A stretch of 64,000 bases of DNA from an uncultured Pseudomonadota bacterium (GTDB taxonomy: Bacteria; Pseudomonadota; Alphaproteobacteria; UBA9219), in assembly GCA_903869345.1 (NCBI GenBank), contig CAIPYM010000053.1:98-64097 (forward strand), written 5' to 3'. The position numbers and the translations under genes are program-made. The notes under the pieces were generated by a model. It saw only the letters and a program-made list of their open reading frames with translations. It did not search any database and was not told the DNA's origin. Within the stretch, counting starts at the first letter, position 1. Every line of letters starts with the position of its first letter. Positions 60,654 through 64,000 of this stretch are shown here, one piece after another.

Positions 60654-61838
60654 TTAACGATAGAGGGTGTCAGCCATAAGGCCCCTTGAATCAACCGTCC
60701 ACGGCTGCGCGCCTGCGGCGACGAAGGGCGCGAAGACCTCGGGGTCGGTGCCCGTGAGCCAGGCCTGAACGCCCAGCGACGTCAGTTCTTCAAACAGCGC
60801 GGCGCGGCGAAGGGAATCCAAATGCGCGGCGATATCATCCAATAACACCAGCGGCGCAAGGCCGCGCGTTCGCGTCACAACGCGCGTGTAGGCCAGGACA
60901 ATCGCGACCAGCAGCGCCTTTTGCTCGCCCGTTGAGCAGTGCGCGGCCAGGCACGCGTGAACGGGGTGCGTGACGCGCAAATCGCTCCGGTGCGGCCCGA
61001 TCGACGACAGGCCTTGTGCGGCGTCCTCGCGCCGGGCACTCGCCAACGCCTCGCGGAAATGATCTTCCACAACAAGCGCGGGGGTGCGATCCAGGGCTTC
61101 CTCGGCCAGACCCTCCAGCGCCAACTCCGCCTGAGGAAACGCGCTGGTGGTCTCCGGCATGACCGCCTGCAATTGGCGCACGAGGTGCCGCCGCGCGGCG
61201 GCAATCGCCACGCCCGTTTGCGCCAGATCGTTTTCCAGCGCCCCGAGCCACGTCGTGTCCGCGACCCCGTCCCGCAGCAGACGCAGGCGCTCGCGCAAAG
61301 CGCGTTCGTAACGTTGCACGCGGCCCCCGTGCGCCGGATCGAAACTCGCCGCCAAGCGGTCCAGAAGCTTACGCCGCGCCCCCGGCCCCTCGGCCAACAG
61401 GCGGTCCATCGTGGGTGTGATCCAGGCCACCGCGACGTGCTCGCCCAGAGCCTGTTGGCTGGACACAGGGCGACCGTCCACGCGCAAAACGCGCCGTCCC
61501 GTCGGGCTCCCTTCCGGGTCGCGCCCGGTCCCCAGCGCCACGATCCCCGCCGAAGTCTCAACGTGCGCGGCGACGGCCCAGGGCTCGGCGCTGGTGCGGC
61601 ACTGGAGGTCACCGCCCCCGGCGCGGCGAAGACCCCGGCCCGGCGCAAGCAAGCTAATCGCTTCCAAAAGGTTCGTTTTACCGCTGCCGTTGGGACCCGT
61701 AAGGACGACGGGGGAGCGGTCCACGGTCAGCCGCGCCTCGCGGTAGCTGCGAAACGCCCGCAGGGTCAGCTCCAGGACGGCCAGCGCCCGAGGCTCCTCC
61801 TCCAGGGCGGGGCAAGGCGAGGCGGCGGTGGACGGCAT
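60654..61838 (-). CDS. recF: DNA replication/repair protein RecF
   Basis: FRSY, GPNGSGKTNLLEA, GPHRSD, STGEQK, LLDD. Confidence 0.96.
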   Translation of the reverse strand: MPSTAASPCPALEEEPRALAVLELTLRAFRSYREARLTVDRSPVVLTGPNGSGKTNLLEAISLLAPGRGLRRAGGGDLQCRTSAEPWAVAAHVETSAGIVALGTGRDPEGSPTGRRVLRVDGRPVSSQQALGEHVAVAWITPTMDRLLAEGPGARRKLLDRLAASFDPAHGGRVQRYERALRERLRLLRDGVADTTWLGALENDLAQTGVAIAAARRHLVRQLQAVMPETTSAFPQAELALEGLAEEALDRTPALVVEDHFREALASARREDAAQGLSSIGPHRSDLRVTHPVHACLAAHCSTGEQKALLVAIVLAYTRVVTRTRGLAPLVLLDDIAAHLDSLRRAALFEELTSLGVQAWLTGTDPEVFAPFVAAGAQPWTVDSRGLMADTLYR

Positions 61839-61886
61839 GCGCCCCTTCTCCCACGCGCCCTTCCCGCCGTCAACGCGGGGGACGGA

Positions 61887-62978
61887 TTAAGCCCCCGCCT
61901 CCCGTTTCAGCAACCCCAGGACATTCAGCAAGACGGTTTTGCGGTCGAGGTGGACGGTGTCGGCCTCGGCAAACAGGCGGGCGATGCGCTCGGCCAGGTC
62001 CACCAAATGACCTGCGGGAACCGATGCCGCCAAACGCGCCGCGAACGCGGGCAGAGCGTGCGCGTCGGCTGCACTCGTGCCCGCCCCACCCGGACCTCCG
62101 CCAAGAACGGCGGCGCGTGCGGCACAGCGGAGCATGTCCACAATCAACGCGGTGATCAAACCAAACGCGCGGGAATCGGCCTTCCGGCTCACGCGGTCGG
62201 CCAGCGCGTGCAACGTCCCCCCATCGCCGCGCGACCCGGCGGCAAGCCACGCCACGATATCCTCGTAAAGCGGCACGATGCCGCTGGCCCGCAACCGCAG
62301 CGCAAACCCCGGACTGCCACGGGCAAGCTCCACCAGACGCTGCCCCTCTCTGGCGTCGGTCGGCCACGCCCCGAGGCGCTCCAGCGCCTGCCGCACGTCT
62401 TCGGGCGGCAACGGACCCAGAGGCATGACGCGGCAGCGTGATCGGATGGTCGTGAGCAACGTCCCGACCGAAGGAGCCGTCAGAAGGATCAGGGTCTTTG
62501 GAGGTGGCTCTTCAATGACCTTCAGCAGGGCGTTTTGGCCCGTGCGGTTCAGGGACTCGGCCTCCTCAATCAGGGCGACGCGCCAGCCGCCGCGCGTGGC
62601 GGTCTTGCTGAGAAAAGGCGTGAGTTTCCGGGCTTCTTCGACGGGCAACGTGTCGCGCGGGAGGCCCGTTTTCTCGTCCATCGGGCGGCGAAGGACGATC
62701 AGATCCGGGTGGCTTTCGGCGGCGACCAAACGAGCGGCGGGTGTTTCCAGATCCACCTCGCGCGGGCCGTTGCGCCCGTCCGACAGCACGTAATGCGCCC
62801 CGTGCCACGCGAGCGTCGCCTTGCCGATTCCCGCCCGCCCCGTAAAAAGCCACGCATGCGGCATGCGGCCTGAATCGTAAGCTTGCGTGAACGCCTCGAG
62901 CGCCGCCGTATGCCCGACCAAAACGGGCGTCGCGGCGGAGGACGGGATGGTGACGGCAAGATCAGGATCAGCGGCCAT
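61887..62978 (-). CDS. holB: DNA polymerase III delta' subunit
   Basis: PHAWLFTG..GIGKAT, HPDL, NALLKVIEEPP, TIRSRC. Confidence 0.93.
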   Translation of the reverse strand: MAADPDLAVTIPSSAATPVLVGHTAALEAFTQAYDSGRMPHAWLFTGRAGIGKATLAWHGAHYVLSDGRNGPREVDLETPAARLVAAESHPDLIVLRRPMDEKTGLPRDTLPVEEARKLTPFLSKTATRGGWRVALIEEAESLNRTGQNALLKVIEEPPPKTLILLTAPSVGTLLTTIRSRCRVMPLGPLPPEDVRQALERLGAWPTDAREGQRLVELARGSPGFALRLRASGIVPLYEDIVAWLAAGSRGDGGTLHALADRVSRKADSRAFGLITALIVDMLRCAARAAVLGGGPGGAGTSAADAHALPAFAARLAASVPAGHLVDLAERIARLFAEADTVHLDRKTVLLNVLGLLKREAGA

Positions 62979-63005
62979 GCAATGCCCCTTCTCGCCCTTG
63001 CCCCC

Positions 63006-63464
63006 TTAGCCCCCGAGCCGCGCCTTGACCTGCGGGCCGACGGTGGCGAAATCAAGGACATCCGCGTGCGTGGCTTTCAGCGCGGCCATCACCTTGCCCA
63101 TGTCCTTCAGCGTCGTCGCACCCGTGGCCTGAATCGCGGTGGCAATGGCCGCATCGGTTTCCTCCGCGCTCAAAAGCCGGGGCAAGAAACGCTCAATCAC
63201 GGTGATTTCGGCGGCTTCCTTTTGCGCGAGTTCCGGGCGGTGGCCCTGCTCGTAAAGCGTCATGGACTCGCGTCGTTGCTTGACCATCCCGCGCAGCATC
63301 GTGACCAGCTCGGCGTCACCGACCCCTTGCGTGTTGCCACTGGGCCGGGCCGCAATGTCCAGGTCTTTGGCTTTCGCAAGAATCTGACGAACCGTGCCAA
63401 CCGTCGTCTCATCCTTGGCCAACATCGCGACCTTCAGGGCTTGGGTCAACGTCTCACGAAGCAT
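63006..63464 (-). CDS. GatB/YqeY domain protein
   Basis: MVKQRRES, KDMGKVM; divergent from carA. Confidence 0.92.
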   Translation of the reverse strand: MLRETLTQALKVAMLAKDETTVGTVRQILAKAKDLDIAARPSGNTQGVGDAELVTMLRGMVKQRRESMTLYEQGHRPELAQKEAAEITVIERFLPRLLSAEETDAAIATAIQATGATTLKDMGKVMAALKATHADVLDFATVGPQVKARLGG

Positions 63465-63549
63465 CGGGAACCTCCTTCTTACGCAAGGGAAAAACACCTC
63501 TCGGGATGGGTTGCCTCCTACCACGCGGGACGCCATAGTGCCAACCGCT

Positions 63550-64000
63550 ATGCTTCCCACGGACCCCTCTTTGGCGCTCGGCGCCCTTTCCCCACCCCCT
63601 TCCGGCACGACGGGGGCGCTTGTTTTGGCCGACGGCACAACGCTTTGGGGCCGGGGTCTCGGGGCCGAGGGGCACGCGGTGGGCGAGGTCTGCTTCACCA
63701 CCGCCATGAGCGGCTACCAAGAAGTCCTGACCGACCCCAGCTTTGCGGGCCAAATCATCACGTTCACGTTCCCGCACATCGGCAACGTGGGTACGAACCC
63801 GGACGACCTGGAAAGCAAGCGTCCCGCCGCCCGAGGGCTTGTGATGCGGGCGCATCCGACCGAACCCTCCAACTGGCGCGCCAAAGAGCCGTTGGAGGCG
63901 TGGCTCCGGCATCACCATCTGATTGGCCTTTCGGGAATCGACACACGCACGCTCACCCTCCGCATCCGTGAGAACGGAGCCCCGACAGGAGTTATCGTCC
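63550..64000 (+). CDS. carA: Carbamoyl-phosphate synthase small subunit (5' part, runs off window)
   Basis: Manual translation from ATG 63550: LVLADG...GEVCFTTAMSGYQEVLTDPS...FTFPHIGNVG. Confidence 0.95.
   Translation, partial: MLPTDPSLALGALSPPPSGTTGALVLADGTTLWGRGLGAEGHAVGEVCFTTAMSGYQEVLTDPSFAGQIITFTFPHIGNVGTNPDDLESKRPAARGLVMRAHPTEPSNWRAKEPLEAWLRHHHLIGLSGIDTRTLTLRIRENGAPTGVIV

Overview
GC-rich alphaproteobacterial chromosome segment, consistent with a Rhodospirillales-like lineage (assignment inferred from DUF1491, serC-serA, olsB and phaC, not computed). It is mostly housekeeping genes (galU, pth, rplY, prs, hisG, purC, rsmE, accBC, prfA, fabH-plsX-rpmF, tRNA-Phe, sodB, aroA, lepA, murCB, glmM, bioD, rpmI-rplT, leuS, rlmN, phaC, surE, clpX, hisS, recX, serAC, bdhA, recF, holB, carA), many separated from their usual operon partners and interspersed with two families of palindromic REP/RPE-like repeats. 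Most notable: (1) an AT-rich Type II restriction-modification cassette pairing a SmaI-like endonuclease with a C5-cytosine (not N4) methyltransferase, with a C controller, a tandem C-box and a third C-box-like site over the methyltransferase promoter; (2) apparent window-wide avoidance of CCCGGG and GCCGGC; (3) an MGS-like domain fused to a CodA-like amidohydrolase with an altered catalytic motif; (4) an M28 protein missing two metal ligands; (5) several orphan genes and a candidate sRNA. All homology calls come from motif recognition by eye; no searches were run.
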